Shown here: in pieces, positions 19,785 through 30,665 of the stretch | How positions within the stretch are numbered: the stretch's first letter is position 1 | Layout of the letters: every line of letters begins with the position of its first letter | Origin: a virus | Taxonomy: Duplodnaviria > Caudoviricetes | DNA length: 64,000 nucleotides | IMG/VR virus record: IMGVR_UViG_3300030102_008735 | Coordinates: 17,422-81,421 of that record | Strand: one strand, 5' to 3' | Notes under the pieces: generated by a model | The model's input: only the letters and a program-made list of their open reading frames with translations | What the model was told of the DNA's origin: nothing | Databases searched by the model: none | Translations under genes and position numbers: made by a program

Positions 19785-20377
19785 TGCCTAGAAAATCTGA
19801 CATAGCAAAAAAGTCAAAGTTTCTGTTTGCTCACTTAAGATTAGGTGGAATTAAGAAAGCAATAACAGTTAATTCTTTAGAATCTGGTATGATTGTTGAA
19901 GCTGTATATACATCTGATTCAAAATCAGGTGGAGGCGATAGATATATGCTTCTTATTTTAAATCCATCTAAGTCAGGAAAGGTGCATGCATTATCTTTAG
20001 GTGATATATCTGTAAATTCATTTAATGTATTGGTAAAAGAATTTGGTGTCTCACTAAATGGATCCTTTAATGACAAAGGATTTAAAGCAAAAGGTTTACA
20101 TCTAGAAGAGTCACCTCAATCCGTGTATAATGATTTAGATTCAAAGTTTAAAAAGAATTCACCATTTTCAGGAAGTTACAGAACACTATTTAAAGGAGGA
20201 TTTAAAAAATTACTTCTATGTGATTATGAATTTGATGAAACAATTGTTAATAGGGATTTACCAAGATTAGAAATTGAAAAGAAATTGGAATCTTTAAATC
20301 CTAAGGATGACCTTGCAAAAAAGTTAACTGAGGAAATGAATCAGTTACCAGAGAATAAAATATTAAGACCTAACTAG
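19784..20377 (+). CDS. Hypothetical protein
   Basis: Tightly packed ORF with TAATG overlap. Confidence 0.7.
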   Translation: MPRKSDIAKKSKFLFAHLRLGGIKKAITVNSLESGMIVEAVYTSDSKSGGGDRYMLLILNPSKSGKVHALSLGDISVNSFNVLVKEFGVSLNGSFNDKGFKAKGLHLEESPQSVYNDLDSKFKKNSPFSGSYRTLFKGGFKKLLLCDYEFDETIVNRDLPRLEIEKKLESLNPKDDLAKKLTEEMNQLPENKILRPN

Positions 20378-20387
20378 GGAATTAGAC

Positions 20388-21017
20388 ATGAAGATAAGTT
20401 ATGCAATAACAGCATGTAATGAACATAAAGAAATAGAAAGATTATTAACATTTCTATTTGAACATAAGAGGGATGAAGATCAAGTTGTGGTTCAAGTTGA
20501 TATGGATAATGGAACAAAAAAGGTTGTGGATATATGCGAAAAGTTTGAAAACAGACCACTAGATGAATATAAACTACATGAATACTCATTAAATAAAAAT
20601 TTTGCAGAATATAAAAACTATCTTAATAAAAATTGCGATGGAAATTGGATATTTCAAATAGATGCAGATGAACAACCAAGTGAATATTTAATTAAAGCCC
20701 TCCCTTTTATTTTAGAAGCAAATCAAGATACAGAAGCATTTTGGGTACCAAGGGTAAACACAGTTGCCGGCATAACAGATTCTCACGTTGCTAAATGGGG
20801 TTGGAAAATGAATGAATATGGTTGGGTTAATTTTCCTGACTGGCAGATGAGAATATATAAAAATAATGAAAATATATATTGGATTAAACCTGTACATGAA
20901 CAATTAAAAGGCTATACAAAATTTACCAATCTGCCAGCAGAAGAAAAGTTTGCATTATATCATCCAAAGGATATTGGAAGACAGGAAAAACAAAATGCAT
21001 TTTATGAGACAATATAA
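20388..21017 (+). CDS. GT2-family glycosyltransferase
   Basis: MKISYAITACNE, WIFQIDADE, PDWQMR, PVHE. Confidence 0.88.
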   Translation: MKISYAITACNEHKEIERLLTFLFEHKRDEDQVVVQVDMDNGTKKVVDICEKFENRPLDEYKLHEYSLNKNFAEYKNYLNKNCDGNWIFQIDADEQPSEYLIKALPFILEANQDTEAFWVPRVNTVAGITDSHVAKWGWKMNEYGWVNFPDWQMRIYKNNENIYWIKPVHEQLKGYTKFTNLPAEEKFALYHPKDIGRQEKQNAFYETI

Positions 21018-21886
21018 TGGCTGAATTTTGGAGACTATATAACAATAAATTATACAGGCTATACGATACTTCTGAATTAGGTTTCCCTGAAGCAGATCCT
21101 TCATATATACCTGATGAATATTTAAGTAGTAAGAATTTTGTTCTATTTAGAACCTGTCATGCAATTGGTGATTGGGCAATCCTATCAGCCATGCCTAGAT
21201 TGCTAAAAAGAAAATATCCTGACTGTAAAGTATATTTACCATCTGAAAAATTATTAGAATCAATATTTGAAATGTATAGACATCAGTGGGGATCTTGGAA
21301 TAATCCATTTAGTAATGTTACAAAGGTATTTGAAAACAATCCCTATATAGATGACTATGTTGATTCAGTTGAAGGTGATGTTTTTCATGATCACTATAGA
21401 ATTTATCCAAAGGATAAAAATATTCCTTTAATAAAACAAATGTTAAAGTTTTGGCAATTTAAAGAAAACGAAATGAATGATTGCCAACCAGAATTATACT
21501 TTTCAGAAAAAGAAAAAGAATTAGGTGACAAAATAATAAATGAACATTCATCAGGTAAAATAGGCACAATACTTTTATCAGATAGATTTGATTATTCACC
21601 TAAAAAAATTGAAAAAATACAAAACTTAATTAATGAAAATGATTTTGAATATTTCTATTGGACAAGTATACCTAACACTGGATTAAATTTTAAAAAGGCT
21701 TTAGATATGAGACACATTGATATTAGAGTTCAGTGGTATATAAAAACAAAGTCAAATATAAATATAGGTAATCAGACAGGTGTTAATGATATGATTGCAA
21801 GATACGCACCAACCTATACTATACCTCACGGAGAGTTGGAATCGAGTTTAGGAGGAAATGTTATAGAGGATCAAAACTATATATGA
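21017..21886 (+). CDS. GT9 (heptosyltransferase)-like glycosyltransferase
   Basis: AIGDWAILSAMPRLLKRKYPDCKV, FENNPYID, IGNQTG. Confidence 0.7.
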   Translation: MAEFWRLYNNKLYRLYDTSELGFPEADPSYIPDEYLSSKNFVLFRTCHAIGDWAILSAMPRLLKRKYPDCKVYLPSEKLLESIFEMYRHQWGSWNNPFSNVTKVFENNPYIDDYVDSVEGDVFHDHYRIYPKDKNIPLIKQMLKFWQFKENEMNDCQPELYFSEKEKELGDKIINEHSSGKIGTILLSDRFDYSPKKIEKIQNLINENDFEYFYWTSIPNTGLNFKKALDMRHIDIRVQWYIKTKSNINIGNQTGVNDMIARYAPTYTIPHGELESSLGGNVIEDQNYI

Positions 21887-22569
21887 AAAAAGTAATATAC
21901 ACAGCAATATTTGGCGACTACGATAACTTACATGAACCTGAAGTTATACCTCCTGGATTTGACTTCATATGTTTTACTGATTGTGATTTTAAAAAGGAAG
22001 ATACTGTTTGGGATATTAGGAAGGTAACTCCAATATATCAAGATTCAACCAGAAATGCAAGAAAGTATAAAATATTGGCACATAGGTATTTATCTGAATA
22101 TGATTTTAGTTTATGGATAGATGGAAATAAAATTATAGTTGGTGATGCAAATAATTACATAAACATGTTAGGTGATCTATCTTTTGCAACCTTTGATCAT
22201 ATGAAATGTTTTGACAAAAGAAACTGTGTATATAAAGAAGCACAAGCAATATTTGATTTAGGAAGTAATGATAGTAACAATTGGAAAGATAGTCCACCAG
22301 TTATAGTTAAACAAATGGAAAAATATCAAAGAGAAGACTACCCAGGAAATAATGGTTTAGTTTTTACTTCGAATTTAGTTAGAATGCATAATGACGAAAA
22401 ATGTATAAATGCAATGGAAGAATGGTGGACTGAACTTAAGTACGGATCTAAACGTGATCAACTTAGCTTTAATTATGTTGCTTGGAAAAATAATTTTAAA
22501 TTTAACTATCTACCCGGCGATGGTCGTGATGATGGTTATGTTAAGCAGGTTATTGGCCATAAGAAATGA
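21883..22569 (+). CDS. DUF616 (TOD1/MUCI70) glycosyltransferase-like protein
   Basis: YTAIFGDYDNL, CFTD, KILAHRYL, SLWIDG, RDQLSFNYV. Confidence 0.85.
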   Translation: MKKVIYTAIFGDYDNLHEPEVIPPGFDFICFTDCDFKKEDTVWDIRKVTPIYQDSTRNARKYKILAHRYLSEYDFSLWIDGNKIIVGDANNYINMLGDLSFATFDHMKCFDKRNCVYKEAQAIFDLGSNDSNNWKDSPPVIVKQMEKYQREDYPGNNGLVFTSNLVRMHNDEKCINAMEEWWTELKYGSKRDQLSFNYVAWKNNFKFNYLPGDGRDDGYVKQVIGHKK

Positions 22570-23600
22570 AAAAGATTCTTTTTGTGACAACTCAGTATAG
22601 AACTGGAGAAAGAATATATCCTGTTTTGCCTTGGCTGTGCAAAAATTTTAGTGTTGACCTATTCAGATCATATCAGATGGACTATAGCCACAAATGGGTT
22701 GGTGATATTGATATGAGAAAAATATTTGACCAAAAGTACATCAACTTATTTAAAAAAGTATATGCACTTTCAGAATTTTCATCTATAAACGTATCTGATT
22801 ATGACATAATATTAACTGATGACAACAGAAGTAGAAATTTATTACCTGAATTTTACAAAAATAGAAAAGGAATAATGATAGGTTGTAGTCATGGAAATGC
22901 AACTGTGAAACATTACAATCACAATTATGGAAAGGCATTTGATAAATGTTTTGTATTTGGTGATAAAGAAAAGGAAGACCATACAATTCCTATTGGTATT
23001 CCTGCAAATGATAACTTAAAAAAATATAGAAACATTGAAAAAGAACACATATTAATAATAGTTAACTTCCTAGGAAATCGTTCGCATCCATTTAGGGTTT
23101 CATTTGATAAAAAATTATTTTTCAATTGTAATCTCCATCATTTACAAAAGTACTATAAGAAGAAAATTATTTTAAAATTAAAAAGTAGGGCTGATGAAGG
23201 TGGATATGAAAAAAACCTATCCTATTTAAATTCAATAATGCCTAGTGATTTAGATTGGTCAGTTACAATAGATAGCAAAAATGATAATGAATTAATTGCA
23301 AAATCCTGTTGTGTAATATCTGCACCATCAACACTTACATTTAAATCAATACAATTATCAATACCTACAGTGGTAATAAATGATTCTGGGCAAATAGGAT
23401 TATTTAATGATTTTTGTGGTTTAGTTGATATTAATAGTGTTGGTCAAAATAGATTAAAAATATTTGAAAATTTAATTATGCAAGAGTCAAATAGTAATTT
23501 ACTTAATGATTTTATTTTAAAAACAATAAAGGGTGGAAGTAATTTTTCGTCAACTAAAATCATGATAAAAGAATTGGAAAAAATATCAAATGAAATATAA
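22566..23600 (+). CDS. Putative GT-B transferase (possibly a nonulosonate transferase)
   Basis: SHG, IGIP..D, ISAPST..IPTV; sits next to neuA/neuB. Confidence 0.5.
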   Translation: MKKILFVTTQYRTGERIYPVLPWLCKNFSVDLFRSYQMDYSHKWVGDIDMRKIFDQKYINLFKKVYALSEFSSINVSDYDIILTDDNRSRNLLPEFYKNRKGIMIGCSHGNATVKHYNHNYGKAFDKCFVFGDKEKEDHTIPIGIPANDNLKKYRNIEKEHILIIVNFLGNRSHPFRVSFDKKLFFNCNLHHLQKYYKKKIILKLKSRADEGGYEKNLSYLNSIMPSDLDWSVTIDSKNDNELIAKSCCVISAPSTLTFKSIQLSIPTVVINDSGQIGLFNDFCGLVDINSVGQNRLKIFENLIMQESNSNLLNDFILKTIKGGSNFSSTKIMIKELEKISNEI

Positions 23601-24522
23601 AACAATAGCACTCATAACACCGGTAAGTCATTTAAATGGAATTGGTGAACTACTAAAATCAAAGGGGTTAGTATACTATTTGGAAAATGGTAATAAATAT
23701 GAAGTTAGAAATTTATTACTTAAAACTAAAGCAAATACTATACTGTGTAATCCTAATCAGCAAACATATAAAATAGATAGCCAATTATTAGATGGTACTA
23801 ATGTAAAACTAATAAATACATGTTCTACAGGTATGAATCATATAGATGTAGAATATTGTAATAAAAATAATATTGAAATATATTCATTAACTAAAGATAT
23901 GGATTTAATAAATAATCTACCATCAACATCGGAGTTGGCATTTGGTTTAATGATGTCTCTTTTACGAAAAATACCAGATTGTAAAAATCACGTTAGTAAT
24001 TATGAATGGGACTATACTCAATTTATGGGAAGACAAGTTAAAGACTTAAACATAGGAATAGTTGGTTATGGTAGATTAGGTAAAATGATGTCTGATTATT
24101 GTAAAGCCTTTGGTGCAAAAGTTACAATATATGATCCATACGTGTTTCCTTCACAACATAAATCAAACCTAGTTGAAATGTTTAAACAATGCGATGTAAT
24201 ATCACTTCATGTTCACGTAACAAATGAAACTATTGGAATAATAAACCAAGAATTATTTTCAAATATCAAGAAAAATTGTTATATTGTAAATACAAGCAGA
24301 GGAGAGATAGTTAATGAAGTTGATGTTGTAAATGCACTCAAAAGTGGAAAGTTAACAGGTTATGCAACTGATGTTATTGAAAATGAGTTTGATGATTTAC
24401 ATAAGTCAACAATAATTAAAGCAATGAATGAAGGTGAAAACATAATAGTAACTCCACACATCGGAGGTATGACTTATGAAGGACAACAAAAAGCATATGA
24501 ATGGGCAATAAATAAATTATGA
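23590..24522 (+). CDS. D-isomer-specific 2-hydroxyacid dehydrogenase
   Basis: GIVGYGRLG, NTSRGE, DV, TPHIGG. Confidence 0.92.
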   Translation: MKYKTIALITPVSHLNGIGELLKSKGLVYYLENGNKYEVRNLLLKTKANTILCNPNQQTYKIDSQLLDGTNVKLINTCSTGMNHIDVEYCNKNNIEIYSLTKDMDLINNLPSTSELAFGLMMSLLRKIPDCKNHVSNYEWDYTQFMGRQVKDLNIGIVGYGRLGKMMSDYCKAFGAKVTIYDPYVFPSQHKSNLVEMFKQCDVISLHVHVTNETIGIINQELFSNIKKNCYIVNTSRGEIVNEVDVVNALKSGKLTGYATDVIENEFDDLHKSTIIKAMNEGENIIVTPHIGGMTYEGQQKAYEWAINKL

Positions 24523-25058
24523 AAGTATTAGCAATTATACCAGCAAAAACAGATTCAAAAAGATTACCAAAAAAGAACTTGCAAAAAATAAACGGTAAAA
24601 CATTAATTGAACATTCTATTGATTATGCAAAAGAATGTAAATATGTAGATGATATAATTTTATCAACTGAATCATCGGATGTTATAAGTATAGCTATTCA
24701 AAATAGCATAAGAGGTATTATTAGAGATAAAAGTTTATGTGGAGATACTGAAGTTACTGATGTATACATTGATGTATTAAATAATATTGATGAAAAATAT
24801 GACTATGTTGTATGCCTTCAACCAGATCATCCTGATAGAGAACATTCTCTTAAATACTGTTTAGATTATATGATAGATAATAATTATGATGACATTATAA
24901 CAATAGAACCTAATTTCAAAAGAAGTGGTTCAGTTAGAATATTTAAGTATGAACATTTATTGAGTGGAAATGTAAGTAAAAGAATTGGCTGCATTAAAGA
25001 TGACGCAACTGATATACATTACCAAAAAGATTTAGAAAAAGCAAGAAAAAGATTATGA
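24519..25058 (+). CDS. neuA: CMP-nonulosonate synthetase (cytidylyltransferase)
   Basis: AIIPAK..SKRLPKKN, LQPDHP, DIH..DL. Confidence 0.85.
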   Translation: MKVLAIIPAKTDSKRLPKKNLQKINGKTLIEHSIDYAKECKYVDDIILSTESSDVISIAIQNSIRGIIRDKSLCGDTEVTDVYIDVLNNIDEKYDYVVCLQPDHPDREHSLKYCLDYMIDNNYDDIITIEPNFKRSGSVRIFKYEHLLSGNVSKRIGCIKDDATDIHYQKDLEKARKRL

Positions 25059-25882
25059 TACAAGTAATAGCTGAAATAGGATGGAATCATTGTGGTGATA
25101 TGGAATTGGCAAAGAAAATGATTAAGGCTGCCGCCGATAATGGAGCTACATATGCAAAATTTCAAACATGGAGTGTAGACAGATTAAAGCCAGGTAGTTG
25201 GGACAATGATGGAAGACGTCAAATATATGAAAAGGCTGAACTATCCAAAAAGGATCATATTGATTTAATAAACTACTGTAATAAAGTTGGCATTAAATTT
25301 TTATCAAGTGTATTTAGTATTGATGATGCAATGTTATTATTTCAATTAGGATGTGAAGAAGTTAAAATACCAAGCTTTGAATCTAGAAATCATTCACTTA
25401 TTAAATATTGTGATAATAATTTCAATACTGTGTTTATGTCTACAGGTACATCAACAATGGACGAGATAACAGAGTCTTGTGATTTAATTAGTCAACGTAC
25501 TAAGCTATATCTTCTTCATTGTGTTTCAACATATCCATGTAAACCTGAAATTGCAAATATTAGAAAAATTGAATCATTAAAAAGGGCATGTCATTTACCA
25601 ACTGTGGCATATGCTGATTGGATAGGATATAGTGATCATATGCAAGGAGTTGAATCAGCTAAGGTTGCAATAGGATTTGGTGCAACAGTTATTGAAAAGC
25701 ATTTCACTATAGATAACAATTTACCAGGCCGTGATAATAAGTTTGCAATATTACCGCATGAATTAAAGGATTTATCTAACTTTATTGAATTAAGAGAAAA
25801 GATGATGAAGGATCATGGTGATGATTATCAAGATTGTGAATTAGATTCAAGAAAAAATTATACAGGAAGATTTGATGGATAA
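25055..25882 (+). CDS. neuB: N-acetylneuraminate/nonulosonate synthase, lacking the C-terminal SAF domain
   Basis: IAEIGWNHCGD, AKFQ, STG, LHCVSTYP, GYSDH, IEKHFT. Confidence 0.92.
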   Translation: MIQVIAEIGWNHCGDMELAKKMIKAAADNGATYAKFQTWSVDRLKPGSWDNDGRRQIYEKAELSKKDHIDLINYCNKVGIKFLSSVFSIDDAMLLFQLGCEEVKIPSFESRNHSLIKYCDNNFNTVFMSTGTSTMDEITESCDLISQRTKLYLLHCVSTYPCKPEIANIRKIESLKRACHLPTVAYADWIGYSDHMQGVESAKVAIGFGATVIEKHFTIDNNLPGRDNKFAILPHELKDLSNFIELREKMMKDHGDDYQDCELDSRKNYTGRFDG

Positions 25883-26513
25883 TATAAGTATAGTAATTAG
25901 GAATAGAAATGAAAAGGATTATATTGGATTTGCAATACAATCTTGTCTAGACTTTTTTAAAGATCCTGAAATAATAATTGTTGATAATGGTACAACTGAT
26001 GATTCATTAAGAATAGTTGACCTATTTAACTGGTCTAATATTAGAGTAATGAACATAAATAACTACTCACCAGGAATTGCATTAAATACAGGGGTAAGAC
26101 AAACATCAAATTCTCATGTTTTAATAATGTCAGCTCATACACAAATAACTAAACTTAATGCCGATATAAAAGGCTTATTAAATGAATACAAAGCAGTGTT
26201 TGGAAACCAAATACCCATTTATAGAGGTAAGAGAATAAATAAAAGATATATATGGTCTCACTTTATTAAAGGTGATGTAATGAACATGTTTTCTAAAATT
26301 GAAGATAGACATTTTTTACATAATGCATTTTGTTTTTATGATAGGGATTTTTTATTGGAACATCCATTTGATGAAACTTTAGCTGGAAAAGAAGACAGGT
26401 ACTGGGCCGATAATTTGGTAAATGTATTGGGTGAAAAATATTTCTATACATCACAACTTGAATCAAATCATTATTGGACACCAAATGGTGCAACATGGAA
26501 GGGATTAGGATAA
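25872..26513 (+). CDS. GT2-family glycosyltransferase
   Basis: SIVIRNRNE, IVDNG, MSAH, EDRYW. Confidence 0.85.
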   Translation: MMDNISIVIRNRNEKDYIGFAIQSCLDFFKDPEIIIVDNGTTDDSLRIVDLFNWSNIRVMNINNYSPGIALNTGVRQTSNSHVLIMSAHTQITKLNADIKGLLNEYKAVFGNQIPIYRGKRINKRYIWSHFIKGDVMNMFSKIEDRHFLHNAFCFYDRDFLLEHPFDETLAGKEDRYWADNLVNVLGEKYFYTSQLESNHYWTPNGATWKGLG

Positions 26514-26514
26514 T

Positions 26515-27309
26515 ATGAAAGTAGCATTATGTTTATATGGATTGGTTGGAAGCACAGCAGGTAAATCATCTGATAAAAAGGGTGGTACAAAGGAAGTTTT
26601 AAATTTATGTTATGACGCATTTAAAAAAATGATAATTGACAAAAACGATACTGATGTTTTTTTCCATACATGGGACACTGATGTTGAAAATGAATTGGTT
26701 GAAAAATATGAACCAAAAAAATATCACTGTGAAAATCAAATTGTTTTTCCTATGGGTAAATGGGCAAATGATGTATGTACTAAATATGAAGGAAAAGTTA
26801 ATTTTGATATAAGAAAACGAATTCAGTCACATTATAGTAGATGGTATAGTACACAGGAAGTTTTAGATTTAAAATCACAACATGAAAATGAAAAAGGTTT
26901 CAAATATGACATGGTTATGATATGTAGGTTTGATGTTGTATGGAATAAGCCAGTAATTTTTAAACAATTTAATAATGAACTTTTCTATATATCAAATACA
27001 TATAAAAGAAACAAACCTTGGGGTTGGCCTTTTGGAAAGGAGATGGACGAAGTTGATGACCTGTGGTTCTTTTCAAATAGTGTTAACATGGATAGGTTTG
27101 GTATATTATTTGAAATGATTGATTCATATATGGAATCAGGTTGCCCAGATTACAATGGAATATCCAATCATATGTTGGCAAAATGGCATTTAGAAAAGTT
27201 AGGTTTATTACCAGATAGTATAGGATTTGCTTTTCGCAATGATTGGTTTGGAATGACATTTTTACATACATCTCCAACGGCTAGACATTTTTATGGAGTT
27301 AAGATATGA
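26515..27309 (+). CDS. Putative glycosyltransferase of viral glycan clusters
   Basis: MKVALCLYG, DVFFHTW, YDMVMICRFD, DLWFFS. Confidence 0.6.
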   Translation: MKVALCLYGLVGSTAGKSSDKKGGTKEVLNLCYDAFKKMIIDKNDTDVFFHTWDTDVENELVEKYEPKKYHCENQIVFPMGKWANDVCTKYEGKVNFDIRKRIQSHYSRWYSTQEVLDLKSQHENEKGFKYDMVMICRFDVVWNKPVIFKQFNNELFYISNTYKRNKPWGWPFGKEMDEVDDLWFFSNSVNMDRFGILFEMIDSYMESGCPDYNGISNHMLAKWHLEKLGLLPDSIGFAFRNDWFGMTFLHTSPTARHFYGVKI

Positions 27310-28946
27310 GAATAGTTGGTTTCCAATCTGGTGCACACGATGTAGCTTACTGCATATTAGAGAATGGTGTACCAATTATACATGAAGAACTTGAAAGATT
27401 AATAAGAATAAAGGAACCTAGAGGTGATGGTTTAAAAATGTACTTTGATAGGGTAGGTGAAGATTTACATGTAGATAATTTTGCATTTGGAAATCCAGGA
27501 TTTGCATATCCAGGTGATAGTGAAAAGGCAAAGAAAATGAGAAAAGATTGTTATAATCAATCTTCAATGGATGCAATGGAAAGGGTACTAGAAAAAAGTG
27601 GAGGTAAAATGCATGAAATAGGACATCACCAAAGTCATGCAGCAAATGCATTTTTCTCAAGTAATTTCAATGATGCTATAATATTCACTATAGATGGTGG
27701 TGGAGTTGATTTTGCAATGCCGCATCAACTAAAAGGTGGTAGTCATATTCAAACTGCAACCACTGTTTGGTTAGGAAAAGAAAATAAGATACACCCAGTT
27801 GATATAATGGATGTAAAGTTAAGAAATATTGGATCACCTTGGAGATTATACACTAGGCAAATATTTGGACTATCATCAGGATATCCTAAAGGTAACCAAG
27901 TTGGAACAGTTATGGCATTGGCATGTGTAGGAAATCCTGATAAATATTTTAGTGAATTTCTTTATGGATTTGAAGCAGGTGGTGGTGGTCATACACCTTT
28001 AACAAAAGGAATATGCGAAAAGTATAGAAAAATTGTACAGAGGTCTGAACAAGATAAGTATGATGTAGCGGCTGCAATACAAAAGGCAACTGAAATAGCA
28101 ACATTTGAATTTATGGATTTTCATATCAAACAAGGAAACTATAAAAACATATGTTTATCTGGAGGAGTGGCATTAAATTGCTTAATGGTTGGAAAAATGT
28201 TGGATTGGTGGCCTGGTGTAAATATTTATGTTGACCCTGTCCCATATGATGGAGGATTGGCTATTGGTTGTGCAAGATATTTATGGCATCATATATTAGA
28301 TAATCCTAGAATAGAGTGGAAAGATAATTCTTCACCATACCTAGGAACAAAGTATGATTTGGAAGACATAGAGACTGCAATAGATAATCATAATGTAAAG
28401 TATAGAAAAGTTACAGATGATGATATTGTAAAAATGTTATGTGATCAAAAGATAGTGTCAGTATTTGGTGGAGGTTCAGAATCAGGAAGAAGGGCATTAG
28501 GAAATAGAAGTATACTTGCTGACCCAAGATATAAGGAAATGAAAGATACTATTAATGAAAAAGTAAAACACAGGCAGTGGTTTAGACCATTCGCACCTGC
28601 TATATTATCTGAAGAAACTAAAAATTGGTTTGAAAAAGATGTTAATAGTCCGTATATGAGTTTTGCAATTCCATTCAAAAAAGAAGTAAGGGACAAGGTA
28701 CAAGCAGTTGTACATTTTGACGGTACAGGTAGATTACAGACAGTTAGTAAAAATGATAATAAATGGTTTCATGGATTAATATCAAAATTTAAGAAAAAAA
28801 CAGGAGTACCAGTTTTATTAAACACGAGTTTTAATGATAGAGAACCAATTGTAGAAACACCGGAAGATGCAATAAAATGTTTTATGGGTACAGATATTGA
28901 CGTCTTATACTTTTTTGATGTTGGTTTAATAGTGGAGAAAAAATAA
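27306..28946 (+). CDS. NodU/CmcH-family carbamoyltransferase
   Basis: HD, EELER, HHQSHAA, DGGG, SGGVALNC, RALGNRSILA, FRPFAP, LLNTSFN. Confidence 0.95.
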   Translation: MRIVGFQSGAHDVAYCILENGVPIIHEELERLIRIKEPRGDGLKMYFDRVGEDLHVDNFAFGNPGFAYPGDSEKAKKMRKDCYNQSSMDAMERVLEKSGGKMHEIGHHQSHAANAFFSSNFNDAIIFTIDGGGVDFAMPHQLKGGSHIQTATTVWLGKENKIHPVDIMDVKLRNIGSPWRLYTRQIFGLSSGYPKGNQVGTVMALACVGNPDKYFSEFLYGFEAGGGGHTPLTKGICEKYRKIVQRSEQDKYDVAAAIQKATEIATFEFMDFHIKQGNYKNICLSGGVALNCLMVGKMLDWWPGVNIYVDPVPYDGGLAIGCARYLWHHILDNPRIEWKDNSSPYLGTKYDLEDIETAIDNHNVKYRKVTDDDIVKMLCDQKIVSVFGGGSESGRRALGNRSILADPRYKEMKDTINEKVKHRQWFRPFAPAILSEETKNWFEKDVNSPYMSFAIPFKKEVRDKVQAVVHFDGTGRLQTVSKNDNKWFHGLISKFKKKTGVPVLLNTSFNDREPIVETPEDAIKCFMGTDIDVLYFFDVGLIVEKK

Positions 28947-29713
28947 TGAAAAATATAGTATTTATACCAAATGTAAAATTTAATGGAAGAGGTGGAAACT
29001 ACCACTACTCAATAAAGAGTTGGACACATTGGTGTAAAAAAAATAATTGTGAATTGTTAGTTTGGGAAGATCCTATTCATGATCCTAACTTTATGACTAT
29101 TATGTGGCAAAGATATTATTTGTTTGATATACTAAAGGCAAATGAAATAGATTATGATCAAATACTTATGGTTGATGCAGATACAATTGTACATCCAGAT
29201 TGTCCTAATTTCTTTAATGAAACTGAACATAAATATTGTGGAGTAATGAATGATGGATGTTATGAATGGGTATTAAGAAGTTTAAATGTTTACAGCAAAA
29301 ATGTATTTAATGGTGATTGGGTAAATCCTTGGGAATATATAAATGGAGGGTTTCAAATAGTTAATAAGAAACATAAAGATTTTTTTGATAGTGTTGTAAA
29401 ATTTTATTTAGATAATCAGAAAAATCTCTATTCAATACAAAAAGCAAACGGATTAGGCACTGACCAAACTCCAGTTAACTTTTTAATAAAAAATAGCGAT
29501 GTTGAATTAAAGATATTACCTCAATGTTATAACTTACACCAAATGGCTACAAAAAATCTATTATTTTTACATGAGTCACATTGGTGGGGCGATACACTAG
29601 AAAATATGTATAAATCTGGATGGGTATATCACTTTAATGCTATGCCAGGAAATCCTTTAAATAGAAACACAAATTATTGGTTAGAGAGATGTTACAATGA
29701 ACTTTACGGATAA
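28946..29713 (+). CDS. GT-A glycosyltransferase (GT8/GT34-like)
   Basis: LMVDADT, YINGGF, DQTPVN, YHF. Confidence 0.8.
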   Translation: MKNIVFIPNVKFNGRGGNYHYSIKSWTHWCKKNNCELLVWEDPIHDPNFMTIMWQRYYLFDILKANEIDYDQILMVDADTIVHPDCPNFFNETEHKYCGVMNDGCYEWVLRSLNVYSKNVFNGDWVNPWEYINGGFQIVNKKHKDFFDSVVKFYLDNQKNLYSIQKANGLGTDQTPVNFLIKNSDVELKILPQCYNLHQMATKNLLFLHESHWWGDTLENMYKSGWVYHFNAMPGNPLNRNTNYWLERCYNELYG

Positions 29714-30665
29714 AAAAATTGCATTCTTTACTGAAATGCCTTTTATTGGAAAGGTAGGTAGGGATCATATACACATGAGAACTGAATTTGCTCAAATGTG
29801 TGCAATGGAGGTTGATCATTATTCATATTACAATTTAGAAAGATTATTTACAAAACACACTGGGTATGATCATGTAATAATGTTAGTTAGTAAAACAACT
29901 AAGCTAAGAGATTGGATGGTAGATCATGATCTTATGCATTATGCAAGATATATGGGTAAAAAGGTTTGGTTTATGCAAGAAGCAACATGTTGGATTCACC
30001 AAACAATGAAACTACACCACCAGATTAATCACTATAATTTATTAAATGAAGTTGATGGAATATTGGCTGAAAATTTTACAGACTTTGAATACTATCGTGG
30101 TATAGCTCCAGAAAAGCCTGTTCATGTAATTCCAACACTTATGATTGAAGAACCTCTTTTAAATGCAAGAAAAGTTGAAAGAGAAGACAAATCAATGATA
30201 GGTGGAAACTGTAATAGTTGGTATGGTGGATTTGATTCATACTTAGTTGCAAGTCATTTTAAAAATAAAATAAGTGTACCTAAAATGAGAAATGTTGAAA
30301 ATGAAAATCAATTAGATAATCTGGAAATATTACCTCATATAAAATTTAGAGAATGGATATATCATTTGGCATCGTATAAATATGCTGTTCACTTAATGCC
30401 TTCAGTCACTGCAGGTACATTTAGTTTAAACTGTTCATTTTTAGGAATACCTTGTATAGGATATAAACAATCTGATACACAAAGATTATGCCAACCAGAT
30501 TTATCAGTTAATCATTGGGATTTAGAAAAAGCAATGCATCTTGCAAAACGTCTTAAAGAAGATGATAAATTCTATAAGCACTGTAGTGAAACAGCAATAG
30601 AAAATTATAACAAACACTTCAATGAAGAAGTATTTATTAAACATATGAGAAAAGTTTTATCATGA
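29697..30665 (+). CDS. Putative GT-B glycosyltransferase
   Basis: C-terminal AGTFSLNCSFLGIPCIG typical of a GT-B donor domain. Confidence 0.65.
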   Translation: MNFTDKKIAFFTEMPFIGKVGRDHIHMRTEFAQMCAMEVDHYSYYNLERLFTKHTGYDHVIMLVSKTTKLRDWMVDHDLMHYARYMGKKVWFMQEATCWIHQTMKLHHQINHYNLLNEVDGILAENFTDFEYYRGIAPEKPVHVIPTLMIEEPLLNARKVEREDKSMIGGNCNSWYGGFDSYLVASHFKNKISVPKMRNVENENQLDNLEILPHIKFREWIYHLASYKYAVHLMPSVTAGTFSLNCSFLGIPCIGYKQSDTQRLCQPDLSVNHWDLEKAMHLAKRLKEDDKFYKHCSETAIENYNKHFNEEVFIKHMRKVLS

